Shown one piece after another: positions 47,701 to 55,936 of a DNA stretch of 56,108 nucleotides. The position numbers and the translations under genes are program-made. The notes beneath the pieces were generated by a model. It worked only from the letters and a program-made list of their open reading frames with translations, made no database searches and was not told the DNA's origin. Each line of letters opens with the position of its first letter. Position 1 is the first letter of the stretch. Source of the DNA: a virus (lineage: Duplodnaviria > Caudoviricetes). The stretch spans positions 1 to 56,108 of IMG/VR virus record IMGVR_UViG_3300031565_000040; one strand, given 5' to 3'.

Positions 47701-48560
47701 GGGAACGTAAGCTGTGGGAACTGGAAGGAAAGAAACCGTTTGCTGTTAAAATCGGTGATAAGTGGAGAAGCGTTTATGTTTTAGGCCCGATAGGTAATGT
47801 CCTTCTTATAGGTGGTTTTTTCCAGAAGGCTCTAACGGAATCAGGCAGTCCATCGGAAGCGATTGTAACGGCCCTGTCGGGAGGTGCTAAGTCATTCAGT
47901 GAGCAGACTTTTGTTATAGGAATGAGTCGGGCCGTAGATGCAATGAAAGACCCGGAGCGTTCGTTCGATAGATTCTTTTCAAGTATGGCCGGTTCTTTTG
48001 TGCCTACTATTCTCTCTGATATTGCTTCGGCTACAGACTACACGGAAAGGACATATAAGGGACCGTGGCAAGCCGCAGTTAAAAGGGTTCCAGTCGCGAG
48101 AAGGACTTTAGAAGAGAGAATTGATGTATTCGGTCAGGACCTACCACGTTACGGGGGCAATCCTTTAGAGGTAATGATAGACGCCACGCGCCCGGCCAAG
48201 ATAAGGCAGGATGTTGTAGTCGATGAGATCCGCAGACTTTGGGACAAAGATGTTAAGGTAGCTCCGACCCAACTTGGCAATAGGGATGGTTATAAAATCC
48301 TAACACAGGAAGAAAACACTATCCTTTGGCGACAAGCGGGACGTTTGGCCTATCAGAATTTGTTCAAGTTGATACAGAAGCGGTCTTATCTCCGCAAAGA
48401 CGACAAAGGCAAGGGCAAGATGATAGAAGAAATTATTAAAGAAGCCAAAGACCTTGCACGGGCGGAAGCGGCACAAGTCAAGTTAAATCAGGGCAAGACT
48501 TTGAAGGAACTAAAAGAGGATGGCTTAGTGACAGTTGATGTAGAAAAAGAAATGAAATAA
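44754..48560 (+). CDS. Large internal virion / DNA-ejection protein (gp16-like) containing a J-domain
   Basis: LPEGFVLD repeats; HPD J-domain at about 45621-45770; VPFSRTP and D.FGQ motifs with hydrophobic segments. Confidence 0.8.
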   Translation: MDTNTITLPEGFVLDEPELPEGFVLDEPAIPDPREEEKQIKETVDISYDLGVPVFEVDTNYKQLADKPEKRPPSKAPMSLVAYTPSRWEKFKDFFVSKREPLPPNADRIEKITRAFDIGMSAPLRAFMKFSKGMTLGAPDLMWAAIKRITPDDMWVDEVKNMTLDEAMDWAGGYDPSGFQKSVGEIAEFVGRLRTVAPIAQKIGIIGNTPKDITVLDKAFESAKLFGAAAVGEQVAKYASTKIDPTEAEYGYEGPKAVLRDMAIGAIFSLVHSGVKGAWSKLTPTEHQRALKLLGLKEGASTNEIKSAARDLFRKYHPDKAKGFQAEFERVVKARDTLIKGEPQDIVFRGQKIVFKPKLLPGETVEQQAIRLAKKPTEVVKAAPTKPIPAPTKPVEPIKVPEPTVEGEVVAQTPEDAQRALRIWQEYLRTGDDAILEDMPPGAEIPISPEDVSLSLAESLDTSEKRVEFKKNMADAINLVERGGAEFRDLTAEVIAYQKVWGKTDPLPTDMLRYIGMAPSELTPTPPAEPIKEAAPTVEAKQAPAEAKGKVRDILGGVEPITQINKALKDAVEIRPKVEAERKAELRKRVGAAAGTLKSTLKKGEMGAEEAIGRSTGLLKGPLSNARYESIRGVMEEASPGAVDNAFRSIGESKKLKYFEVVGTKEAFAKLIDGIPITLREVEMIKKHFGIEMGKIAKERAEKSSLSDRAFALWRAGLLTGIKTSGLNTLSNLTHALTETAKDVIATPVDIVASLFTGERTVGFTVRGIPGGMKKGWSKGWEYLKTGIDERGLEKKLDYEPVNFGESKTGKLKQVYVETIFHIMGAEDQPFFYGAMSRSIRSQAIAQGRNKGLKGQELRDFVEQARKTPTQDMLENGIHDAEIAVFQNRTILGDIARAIQKAPIARWTVPFSRTPSAVAMQIINYTPVGPIKEVMAQIHKGEFNQRDFVHAVGRAGVGIPALAIGALLFTKGLMTLDYPKGERERKLWELEGKKPFAVKIGDKWRSVYVLGPIGNVLLIGGFFQKALTESGSPSEAIVTALSGGAKSFSEQTFVIGMSRAVDAMKDPERSFDRFFSSMAGSFVPTILSDIASATDYTERTYKGPWQAAVKRVPVARRTLEERIDVFGQDLPRYGGNPLEVMIDATRPAKIRQDVVVDEIRRLWDKDVKVAPTQLGNRDGYKILTQEENTILWRQAGRLAYQNLFKLIQKRSYLRKDDKGKGKMIEEIIKEAKDLARAEAAQVKLNQGKTLKELKEDGLVTVDVEKEMK

Positions 48561-48574
48561 AGGGGAAAAGCAAA

Positions 48575-48793
48575 ATGGCTAAAAAAAACGGGACTTGGAA
48601 GATGATAGCGGTGATAGGAGGATTTATCGTTGTAATTATTGGAGCGGCAGTGACTTATGGTATGCTCAGCGAGAAGGTCGTTAAAATGGAGCCGGACGTC
48701 AAATTGAATAACGAGCATAGGATAAAGTTTGAAGAGAAGATCACGACTATGGAGAAGAACATAGCTGAGATTCTCAAGGAAGTGAGAAAATGA
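48575..48793 (+). CDS. Single-TM holin-like protein
   Basis: N-terminal TM plus charged coiled coil; position after the virion genes. Confidence 0.55.
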   Translation: MAKKNGTWKMIAVIGGFIVVIIGAAVTYGMLSEKVVKMEPDVKLNNEHRIKFEEKITTMEKNIAEILKEVRK

Positions 48794-48966
48794 ATGCAAT
48801 AGAGGAAAACATTAAAATATGCGATGAAATCCTCGATAGGTTTGCCAAATTGAGCGATTCGGAAGAAAACGAGACAAATACATGGCTGCTAATCGGGGAT
48901 TTAGAAACGCAAACGATGGAACTCAAGAAACTTTATAAGCAGATTATTCCAAAGGTGAAAAAATGA
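48790..48966 (+). CDS. Small hypothetical protein
   Basis: MNAIEENIKIC...KVKK; ATGA-coupled on both sides. Confidence 0.55.
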   Translation: MNAIEENIKICDEILDRFAKLSDSEENETNTWLLIGDLETQTMELKKLYKQIIPKVKK

Positions 48967-49163
48967 AACTACCGAATTTATCAGAAATGGATGTCTCGAA
49001 AAAGATGTTAATGGCTATTTCAGGGGCATATTTCGTTAAGGACATCGCCGAGTTTCGCATGGCGGCTCTTGTGGCCGGCCTTATCGGTGTAGGGATTGTA
49101 TGCCAGACCTTTATCGACATTTTCATAGGCAAAAAGACTACGGCCAGCCCAGACTCTCAGTAA
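48963..49163 (+). CDS. Small two-TM holin-like protein
   Basis: Hydrophobic segments after SKK. Confidence 0.55.
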   Translation: MKLPNLSEMDVSKKMLMAISGAYFVKDIAEFRMAALVAGLIGVGIVCQTFIDIFIGKKTTASPDSQ

Positions 49164-49320
49164 ACCGTTGATGCTCAATTCTCTGTGTTTGCCTTTCGAC
49201 TCGCTGTAGCCGCATTTCCGTATCAAAATTACGGAGAGCCATTGCCCCTTCGGGTGTCATATTATCAGTACAGCCGGCAACGAAAAGAATGATAATAGTG
49301 CAAAAGAGTTTTTTCATCAC
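49138..49320 (-). CDS. Small lipoprotein
   Basis: MMKKLFCTIIILFVAG|C lipobox. Confidence 0.7.
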   Translation of the reverse strand: MMKKLFCTIIILFVAGCTDNMTPEGAMALRNFDTEMRLQRVERQTQRIEHQRFTESLGWP

Positions 49321-49439
49321 TGCTTAGAAGTTATCCCAGTGTTTCCACACAAAACGTACAAGCTTAAAGAATATCAATATAATGAATACGCTTATTGAAA
49401 TATATATAATTTTCAATATCATCTTAACATAATCCTTTT

Positions 49440-49766
49440 TTACAAAAAGCCTGGCATTTCCGGCTCTTTCTCTTTAATGAATAGATGAGCAAATCCGATA
49501 ATGATTATAGAAGAAAATCCACCGCCATATATCAATAACAAAGGTAGCCAATCTCCAAATTTTATAATGGCGAACCATGGGCCGGCAAGAACCGTAATCG
49601 GCAGAATGACTAAAGCTATCATAAAGGCACAAAAATTATTTAGGCCACTCTCAAAATTGAAGTCTTTTACAATTCTGATTATGCCAGCAACACTACCAAG
49701 AATAATTACAATAAAATATGCGAAACCTAAAAAAATCCCGATAATGTTATTCGATATGTTTTTCAT
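49440..49766 (-). CDS. Three-TM membrane protein
   Basis: AAAGGAG RBS; hydrophobic helices. Confidence 0.75.
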   Translation of the reverse strand: MKNISNNIIGIFLGFAYFIVIILGSVAGIIRIVKDFNFESGLNNFCAFMIALVILPITVLAGPWFAIIKFGDWLPLLLIYGGGFSSIIIIGFAHLFIKEKEPEMPGFL

Positions 49767-49917
49767 GTTCCTCTCCTTTGATTATTTCGTCCCGAACTTC
49801 AACGCACAAACGATAAGACTGCTTCTGCTGCTCGGTAGCATCCTCGGCTGGAATATCGCCTAAGGCGTCAATAACTTCGTTAAAAACTTTCGTTTGTAAG
49901 GATTTTCTCAAGCACAT
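49747..49917 (-). CDS. 56-aa hypothetical protein
   Basis: MCLRKSLQTK...EKHIE, translated by hand. Confidence 0.45.
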   Translation of the reverse strand: MCLRKSLQTKVFNEVIDALGDIPAEDATEQQKQSYRLCVEVRDEIIKGEEHEKHIE

Positions 49918-50062
49918 TTTTCTTTACTTTTTGTCACTATGATGGCACTTTGTTATTATAGCACATTAGCTTTAATGTTGAGGAAAATGATGAAAAGAAC
50001 AAATCATAACCAAATTATTGACTTTCAAAGAGATAAATTTAATGAAATCACTAACCTCCTAA

Positions 50063-50350
50063 CTATTCTCCCGCCGGAGTGTTCTGATATTGTTCTTCGA
50101 GAGTTAAGGTTTTGTGTAAAGCTTCTCGAAGGCGATGACCAAGATGCTGACATACATCTTGAACATCAATCTCTGGACATGAAATTAGCATGGCCTGAAC
50201 TTCCGTCGGCAAACTAAGCCAAAGTTTCAGGGCTGCTGTCGTAGCATCATTATTGCTTTGTTTGCGTTTTTTCCACTGCTTCTGGAAAGCAGTTCTTACA
50301 GAAGATTCGACCTCTGCGTAAAAATTCTTTGTACCTTTACGATAAGCCAT
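50063..50350 (-). CDS. Putative repressor (ribbon-helix-helix-like)
   Basis: KNFYAEV strand followed by two helices; divergent from the early promoter. Confidence 0.5.
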   Translation of the reverse strand: MAYRKGTKNFYAEVESSVRTAFQKQWKKRKQSNNDATTAALKLWLSLPTEVQAMLISCPEIDVQDVCQHLGHRLREALHKTLTLEEQYQNTPAGE

Positions 50351-50440
50351 AACTACAAATTACCAATAGATTTACATATTACAACTTATATAAATATAAA
50401 TAAATTAACCGGTAATTTTCAATAAATTTATATTTTTGTC

Positions 50441-50469
50441 TTGACAATTTATATACGATGGGGTAAAAT
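50441..50469 (+). promoter_or_regulatory. Strong rightward early promoter
   Basis: TTGACA-N17-TAAAAT in an AT-rich divergent intergenic region. Confidence 0.75.
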
Positions 50470-50980
50470 GCACACAACATAAGGATAGAAAGTGAATAGT
50501 TAAGGAAACTTACAATGCGGCAGAATACACAAGACACAAAAAATTCGCAATTTGGGCAAAATTCAATGTTTCTTCCAGCCCACCCTAATTTCCGTATTCT
50601 GTCGCAAGAACACTTCAAAACGGGTGGGCTGTTTTTTTCTCTGGAGGCGCAAAATGCTTGAGTTAGCGATTTATCTATTATCAGGTGTGTCATTTTTGTC
50701 TTTCACGATTGCGGCGATATTGATTTACCGCCTGACAAAATAAACAGATTTCCGTACTAACAAAGATTTTACCACAAGAAAGGAAGGGAGTCAAGAGAAA
50801 AATGAAGAAGGAGCGAAAAAAAAATGTTAGCGAGAATATTATTTGTAATAACCCTGAGTCTTATCGGATTCGGGTGGTTGCGCCACTGGATACGTAATTA
50901 GTGGCATCCGTGCCAATAATGTACGGCTTTAGGCACATAACGGTAGTTTAACAAAAGGATTAAGGGAAGTCAAGAAAAAA

Positions 50981-51412
50981 ATGGAAAAAAAATCAGGAAT
51001 ATATCGGCATTGTCATCATAATAAATTATTTGAGTACGTATACGATGAGCAGGAACGTATCAATTACATTATAAACAGGAAACCGGCAAATGAAGTCGAT
51101 ACAAGATTGCGACTATTCAAGCCAGAAAAAATGGAAAACTTGCCGAAAGAAGTAAAAGAAGCGTACAAAGCCCACAACAAAGCGCGCAAAGCCCGCGAAG
51201 AAGCGTACAAAGCCTGCGAAGAAGCGCGCGAAGCCCGCGAAGAAGCGCTCGAAGCCTACGAAGAAGCGAACAAAGCCTATGGCGCAATGTACAAAGTCCT
51301 CAAAGAAGCGATAGTTAATAATATGGACAAGCTTGAAGAACTCCATCGCAAGGAATGTCCTGATTGTCCCTGGGACGGCAAGACGATTTTTCCCAAAAAG
51401 GAGAAAGTATAA
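50981..51412 (+). CDS. Hypothetical protein with EEAYKA heptad repeats
   Basis: HCHH..L.E N-terminus; LH..ECP.CPWDGKTIF C-terminus. Confidence 0.8.
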   Translation: MEKKSGIYRHCHHNKLFEYVYDEQERINYIINRKPANEVDTRLRLFKPEKMENLPKEVKEAYKAHNKARKAREEAYKACEEAREAREEALEAYEEANKAYGAMYKVLKEAIVNNMDKLEELHRKECPDCPWDGKTIFPKKEKV

Positions 51413-51437
51413 ATAGATAAGGGAAGTCAAGAAAAAA

Positions 51438-51854
51438 ATGTGTCTCGCATACGAATTATCCAAAAATAAAGCTGACAAAATAAAGGATTTAGCCCGAAAG
51501 CGGGGGTACATCCGTGTTTGGAAAGTTTGTACGCCGGATTGTACGGGTTGGTTTTATGTAAATGAATGGATGCCGGGAATACATAAGGCCAAATATCTCC
51601 ATAAAAGATATGGTGGTTGGTACGCATACTTAAGCGAAACAACCGCAAAGAAAGCTAAGAATTATTTGAATAGAAAGCACAATACTGACCACACAATCAA
51701 AGTCTGCTATGCAAAGCCTTCATGGATAAAAAGTCTTGGCGGCGATAGAAGGTTTGGTCATATCGGCATTTTCACTCAATTAGCCTTTCCCGATTGGAAT
51801 AAGGGCAACATGACCATAAGGGAATTTCGGGCACTTTGCAGGAAGGAATCTTAA
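51438..51854 (+). CDS. Hypothetical protein
   Basis: Starts in the junction repeat. Confidence 0.75.
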   Translation: MCLAYELSKNKADKIKDLARKRGYIRVWKVCTPDCTGWFYVNEWMPGIHKAKYLHKRYGGWYAYLSETTAKKAKNYLNRKHNTDHTIKVCYAKPSWIKSLGGDRRFGHIGIFTQLAFPDWNKGNMTIREFRALCRKES

Positions 51855-51856
51855 TC

Positions 51857-52126
51857 ATGGAAATACATATAGTACAAGAGACTTGTTGCCAATGTAATAT
51901 TACTTTTTGGATAACCGCAAGCCATCATGAACGGTTAATTAAGTGCAAAAACGACTTCTATTGCCCGAATGGACATGTTCAACATTATTTAGGTGAAACG
52001 GACGCGGAGAAACTAAAAAGAACTGAGCAATATTTAGAGGATGCCAGAAGTCGTGAAGATGCAGCCAACCGCTCAAATTCAGCCCTTCGCGGCGTAATAA
52101 CAAAAATGAAGAACAAGGAATCTTAA
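51857..52126 (+). CDS. Zn-binding hypothetical protein
   Basis: CCQC..FYCPNGH; between the 21-bp repeats. Confidence 0.75.
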   Translation: MEIHIVQETCCQCNITFWITASHHERLIKCKNDFYCPNGHVQHYLGETDAEKLKRTEQYLEDARSREDAANRSNSALRGVITKMKNKES

Positions 52127-52128
52127 TC

Positions 52129-52674
52129 ATGGAAACTGGTAAATATAAACTTGACGGTCACAAAGTAGTTCCATACGAAGGCCAAGCCATGAGCAGCATA
52201 AAGAAAATGAAAGATATAATAATTGATTTAAGAAAGACATTCCGTATGAAACCATTGGGCTATGGCAGGATGATGGAGGATGGTTTTAATAATCTACTTT
52301 CCATGCTCGAAGCTGAGTCTGAGCCGGCGGAGTTGATACAAAAAGTAAGATTGATAATACAAACGGCCATTCAGGAAGGAAGGGAAACAGGATACTCACC
52401 AACCATAGAAGAATGGAGCATGATATCAACGGTTTGTGCAGAAATCAACCGCCTCACCGCCGAGAATGTCAAGTTGAAAGACTCCTTCGCTGGTTGTGAA
52501 AAGTGCAGAGAGGATTATGAAAAGGAAATCGACCGCCTGACCGCCGAGAACAAAGAAAAGGATGAAATCATCGGCACAATTCACGACAAGGGGGAATTAC
52601 CAAAGGAATTGAAACTGGCTTATGGCGCCATAAGCCAGTTATTCAAGAACCAAAAAGCATTCGCTAAGGAATAA
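52129..52674 (+). CDS. Coiled-coil hypothetical protein
   Basis: Two EI.RLTAEN motifs. Confidence 0.7.
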   Translation: METGKYKLDGHKVVPYEGQAMSSIKKMKDIIIDLRKTFRMKPLGYGRMMEDGFNNLLSMLEAESEPAELIQKVRLIIQTAIQEGRETGYSPTIEEWSMISTVCAEINRLTAENVKLKDSFAGCEKCREDYEKEIDRLTAENKEKDEIIGTIHDKGELPKELKLAYGAISQLFKNQKAFAKE

Positions 52675-52704
52675 GAAATATAGCTCTTTTACAAAGGATA
52701 AATA

Positions 52705-53037
52705 ATGTTTGAAATACAAGAAGTTGGATTTGCGGAAATAGCTTTTGGTTCTCGCGCTATGGAGTTAATGCCCAAATATGATGAAATACCAAAAGAATAC
52801 AAACACGGAGATACCTTGTGGAACAAACTGTTCAATGATTGGTTCTTTTTGGGCGTAAAGAATCTTGAAATTAAACCAAAGCAGGATGTCGATAAAAACA
52901 AGGCCCTTAAACACATAAAGGCAATAATGGGTTCATTTGAACCGCCCCACGGACACAAAGAGGCCGGAGTTGCTTTTTTAATGTCAGAATGGTTTCAAGA
53001 TGCAACATGGGAAAAAGCAAAACCTATGCCGGAGTAG
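52705..53037 (+). CDS. Conserved hypothetical protein
   Basis: WFF.G and SFEP.H.HKEAGVAFLMSEWF; between the 16-bp repeats. Confidence 0.8.
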   Translation: MFEIQEVGFAEIAFGSRAMELMPKYDEIPKEYKHGDTLWNKLFNDWFFLGVKNLEIKPKQDVDKNKALKHIKAIMGSFEPPHGHKEAGVAFLMSEWFQDATWEKAKPMPE

Positions 53038-53151
53038 CAATTATAGCTCTTTTACAAGTAAATATTTAAGCTTACGCAGCTTGACGTAGCGTGCTTGTCT
53101 TATTATTATGGCGACCGTCACAGTTTGGTCGCCGTAGAAACGGAGGTATCT

Positions 53152-54111
53152 ATGAGACTAAGCACGAATAATCTCGTCTCGGAGTACATGCAGACTGCCG
53201 AGTCAATGGATTTGGCGGAATCGACGAGAGAGGCAAAAGTTAGGTTGTTTGAGGAGATAGAAAGATTGTTTGAATACGTTGACGAATTTGATGTAAACAA
53301 GTATCAGCTTTATCTTCTTAAAACCCGAAAGAAAGTGTCGGTAAACAGTTATGTCAAAATGGTGCGCCCGATTTACAAATGGGCGATACGCCAGGGCTGG
53401 ATTGCAAGCGATCCGTTCGAGGGAGTTCGGAAGTTCCGCGTACCCCTGGAGCGGATTCACGTTTACAAGCCATGTCAAATCGAAGCCATGCTTGCGGTGT
53501 CCAACGATATTTGGCAGGCAAGAATTTTGGCTGCGGTAACGGCAGGCGCGAGACGTTCGGAAGTCTTGAATCTGACCCTCGATGATATTAACTTCGACGA
53601 TTGCGAAATAGCAATCCAGCCGAAACGCGACACCGCAGAGACTTGGGAATACTGGCCGAAGAATAAAAAGTATCGGATAGTACCATTAGTCCCGATGTTT
53701 TATAATCTGATAGTCAGTAAGATAATTCCCTCTCTAAAAGGACAGCAGTATCTAACTCTCTCGGAGAAACGTCACTGGACATTGCAGCGGCAAAGACCGT
53801 TAAATTACAGAAGAAGAATCAATCCAGATGAGAATTTCAACAAACCGTTTAAGCGAATCATTGAAAGAGCAAACACATTACTTCCTTCTTTAGACAGAAT
53901 AAGTCTTAACAGGACATTTCACGACCTGAGACGGACCTGTATTACCCACTGGACCCAGAATCCGAAACTGTCACCGCAGGAAGTACAATTGCTCGCCGGA
54001 CACGCCGATATTAAGACGACAATGGAGTACTATGCAGCCGTCCGCGACGACGTGTGCCGACGAGCACAAACATCAATCGGGGCGGCCGGGAATGATCCGG
54101 CGACCTCTTGA
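53152..54111 (+). CDS. int: Tyrosine integrase, full length
   Basis: GGAGG RBS before ATG 53152; core-binding domain plus R-HxxR-H-Y catalytic residues. Confidence 0.95.
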   Translation: MRLSTNNLVSEYMQTAESMDLAESTREAKVRLFEEIERLFEYVDEFDVNKYQLYLLKTRKKVSVNSYVKMVRPIYKWAIRQGWIASDPFEGVRKFRVPLERIHVYKPCQIEAMLAVSNDIWQARILAAVTAGARRSEVLNLTLDDINFDDCEIAIQPKRDTAETWEYWPKNKKYRIVPLVPMFYNLIVSKIIPSLKGQQYLTLSEKRHWTLQRQRPLNYRRRINPDENFNKPFKRIIERANTLLPSLDRISLNRTFHDLRRTCITHWTQNPKLSPQEVQLLAGHADIKTTMEYYAAVRDDVCRRAQTSIGAAGNDPATS

Positions 54112-54471
54112 CCCCCAGTCAAACGGTAGGGTCAAAAAGTAAAGTATAACGGTTCGACCAAGCTGTGACAAGCTTTTTTGAATGTGTCCGGCGGCGTGGT
54201 AGCGCCGGTGGCTTAGAGATATGAGATAATGCTTGAGGTTATCAGAAACTACTAATACTGATGCCAAAAAAGGCAGAGACGTAGCAGGCTGGGGAATCCT
54301 GCCCGGACACAGCAAATAACCCGCTTCGAGCTTTCCTTAAAATCTCCTCGGCTCAGGCGGATTATCTCAGGGATGGGCCGAAGAACACGGATGTCATCGG
54401 CGGAGTACAATTTCTGACTATATAAAGACCCTCTTTGACTTTCACTTCGGCCCCCCTTTTTAAGCTTATCA
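53349..54471 (+). repeat. Long direct repeat, copy 2; patchy homology to 2036-2454 resumes at about 55535-56108
   Basis: Direct sequence comparison at offset 53,348. Confidence 0.95.
54077..54125 (-). other. attP core copy 2 (tRNA-Pro GGG 3' half)
   Basis: Identical to 729-777. Confidence 0.85.
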
Positions 54472-54484
54472 TCACCCTCCTCCG

Positions 54485-54516
54485 AAGCCAGATTCTGTTT
54501 TTTTAGAATCTGGCTT
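54485..54516. terminator. Strong hairpin unique to copy 2
   Basis: AAGCCAGATTCT / AGAATCTGGCTT inverted repeat. Confidence 0.5.
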
Positions 54517-54582
54517 TATTGAGAACACACTCGGTCGGGGCACTCTTGGCCCCAATCGTTTTATTAAAGAAAGGGACAAGAC

Positions 54583-54822
54583 ATGATACATACAAAAGTA
54601 TTTGCCACAGAAGATGAAATTAAAGATTTGCGGGCATTAGCATGTCAAGGGTGGATGCCTGGGGACGTAATGATGGTTACTTCTGTTATGCAAGGAATAA
54701 CAAAAGACCAAAAAACGGTTGATGCACGAAAGATTTGCCACAATTTAGCTCTTTCACACGGATTAAAAGAAATTGAGGGCTATTATGGTATTACCGAAGA
54801 AGGTGAATTTGTAAATTTTTGA
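54583..54822 (+). CDS. Hypothetical protein (cassette gene, absent from copy 1)
   Basis: Bracketed by the same motifs as 1194-1535. Confidence 0.75.
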   Translation: MIHTKVFATEDEIKDLRALACQGWMPGDVMMVTSVMQGITKDQKTVDARKICHNLALSHGLKEIEGYYGITEEGEFVNF

Positions 54823-54926
54823 CAACTTAAGAGACTCCGCCGAAAAGCGGTTCACGATACTAATTTTATTTGAAAGGGGTTGACTGAAGCGCGAATAGGT
54901 CAACCCCGTTATTGAAAGGAATTAAA

Positions 54927-55100
54927 ATGAAGTTACCAAAGAAAATCTATGTGAAAAAAGAAAAAGATGGCGATGAGGAATTTCTTATTGCAGGAGAAAA
55001 AGCCAGTGAAATCGCAGACCAAGAAGACGTAACAAAAGCAGGAGAATATATTCTCAAGCGAGAAGTCAATCTTGTTAATGCAACCGAGGTACATCCTTGA
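54927..55100 (+). CDS. Hypothetical protein (cassette gene, absent from copy 1)
   Basis: AAGGA RBS; followed by GAGAGAATCCGCCGAAAGGCGGCTCACGA. Confidence 0.7.
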   Translation: MKLPKKIYVKKEKDGDEEFLIAGEKASEIADQEDVTKAGEYILKREVNLVNATEVHP

Positions 55101-55280
55101 GAGAGAATCCGCCGAAAGGCGGCTCACGATAGTCGATCCGAACGCCGGGGTAGAGTAAACGCGCGTTAGACCATACGGGTTCAAAGATCAAGGCGTGACT
55201 TGCCGGTGGAGAGTAACCGGCTTTGATGGGGTCATGGATGACTCTTGGCCCCAATCGTTATTAAAGAAAGGGACGTGAAA

Positions 55281-55511
55281 ATGAAGAAGAAAATCTTTTT
55301 GAATAGCGAAGAAAAAAAACTTTTAGAGTCTGAAATAACAAATGAACAGACAGGTCTAACTTTGATGACACAAGGGGCAAAGTTTTATAACGAAGCCGAA
55401 GAAAAGCTTCAGGCAATGGTTAAAGAAAAGTGGCCCACGGCAACAAAACTGCATCATCCACTAAAAGGCAAATGGTCAGTAATTATTGAGGATGCCGATT
55501 TGACAACTTAA
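55281..55511 (+). CDS. Hypothetical protein (cassette gene, absent from copy 1)
   Basis: Bracketed by both cassette motifs. Confidence 0.75.
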   Translation: MKKKIFLNSEEKKLLESEITNEQTGLTLMTQGAKFYNEAEEKLQAMVKEKWPTATKLHHPLKGKWSVIIEDADLTT

Positions 55512-55936
55512 GAGAGAATCCGCCGAAAGGCGATAACCGGCTTCGGGGCGTTGCCAAAGTCAAGGCAAGGGAGGCTAAACTAAATTAACACCTTTTTGAG
55601 CGTTAAATTAGGAAACTGCAATATAGGATGCCCGGAGCCGTTTTGGAGATAGAAATGATAACTTTAGCATTAGGAATATCAATATATTTGTGGCTTAAAG
55701 TCACCCCAACCCTTGAAATATTAGAAGCAGGTAGTGCTATTCTTATAGCTATGTTATTTGATTTTATAATAGCGATTACAGCGTGCATTTGTTTTTCATA
55801 AGGAAAAGGAGATGAACTATTATCGAGACAAATTTATAGAGAATGTTGAGATGGTTGATTGTATGTGGTGGCTCTGCAAATGGACGGCAATAGCCATGTT
55901 TTTTATATGGCTCGGAACGAAGATTGGAGGTTAATC

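Larger units (their letters stand above)
50961..53057 (+). repeat. Three pairs of gene-flanking direct repeats
   Basis: TAAGGGAAGTCAAGAAAAAAATG (50961, 51418; variant 50784); AAGGAATCTTAATCATGGAAA (51843, 52115); TATAGCTCTTTTACAA (52679, 53042). Confidence 0.9.
1..53348. mobile_element. Complete unit of a temperate podovirus-like (T7/BPP-1-type virion module) phage genome, circularly permuted
   Basis: Integrase, attP, TerS/TerL, portal, MCP and tail genes are all present; the sequence from position 1 recurs at 53349; no host genes seen. Confidence 0.92.

Noticed and set aside
49939-50217. Plus-strand 92-aa ORF as a Cro-like regulator
   Set aside because: It overlaps the minus-strand repressor candidate and has no recognisable DNA-binding motif; neither confirmed nor excluded as a gene
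51155-51275. Tandem GAAGAAGCG repeats as a regulatory or contingency locus
   Set aside because: They are in-frame heptad coding repeats (EEAYKA-like) within gene 50981-51412
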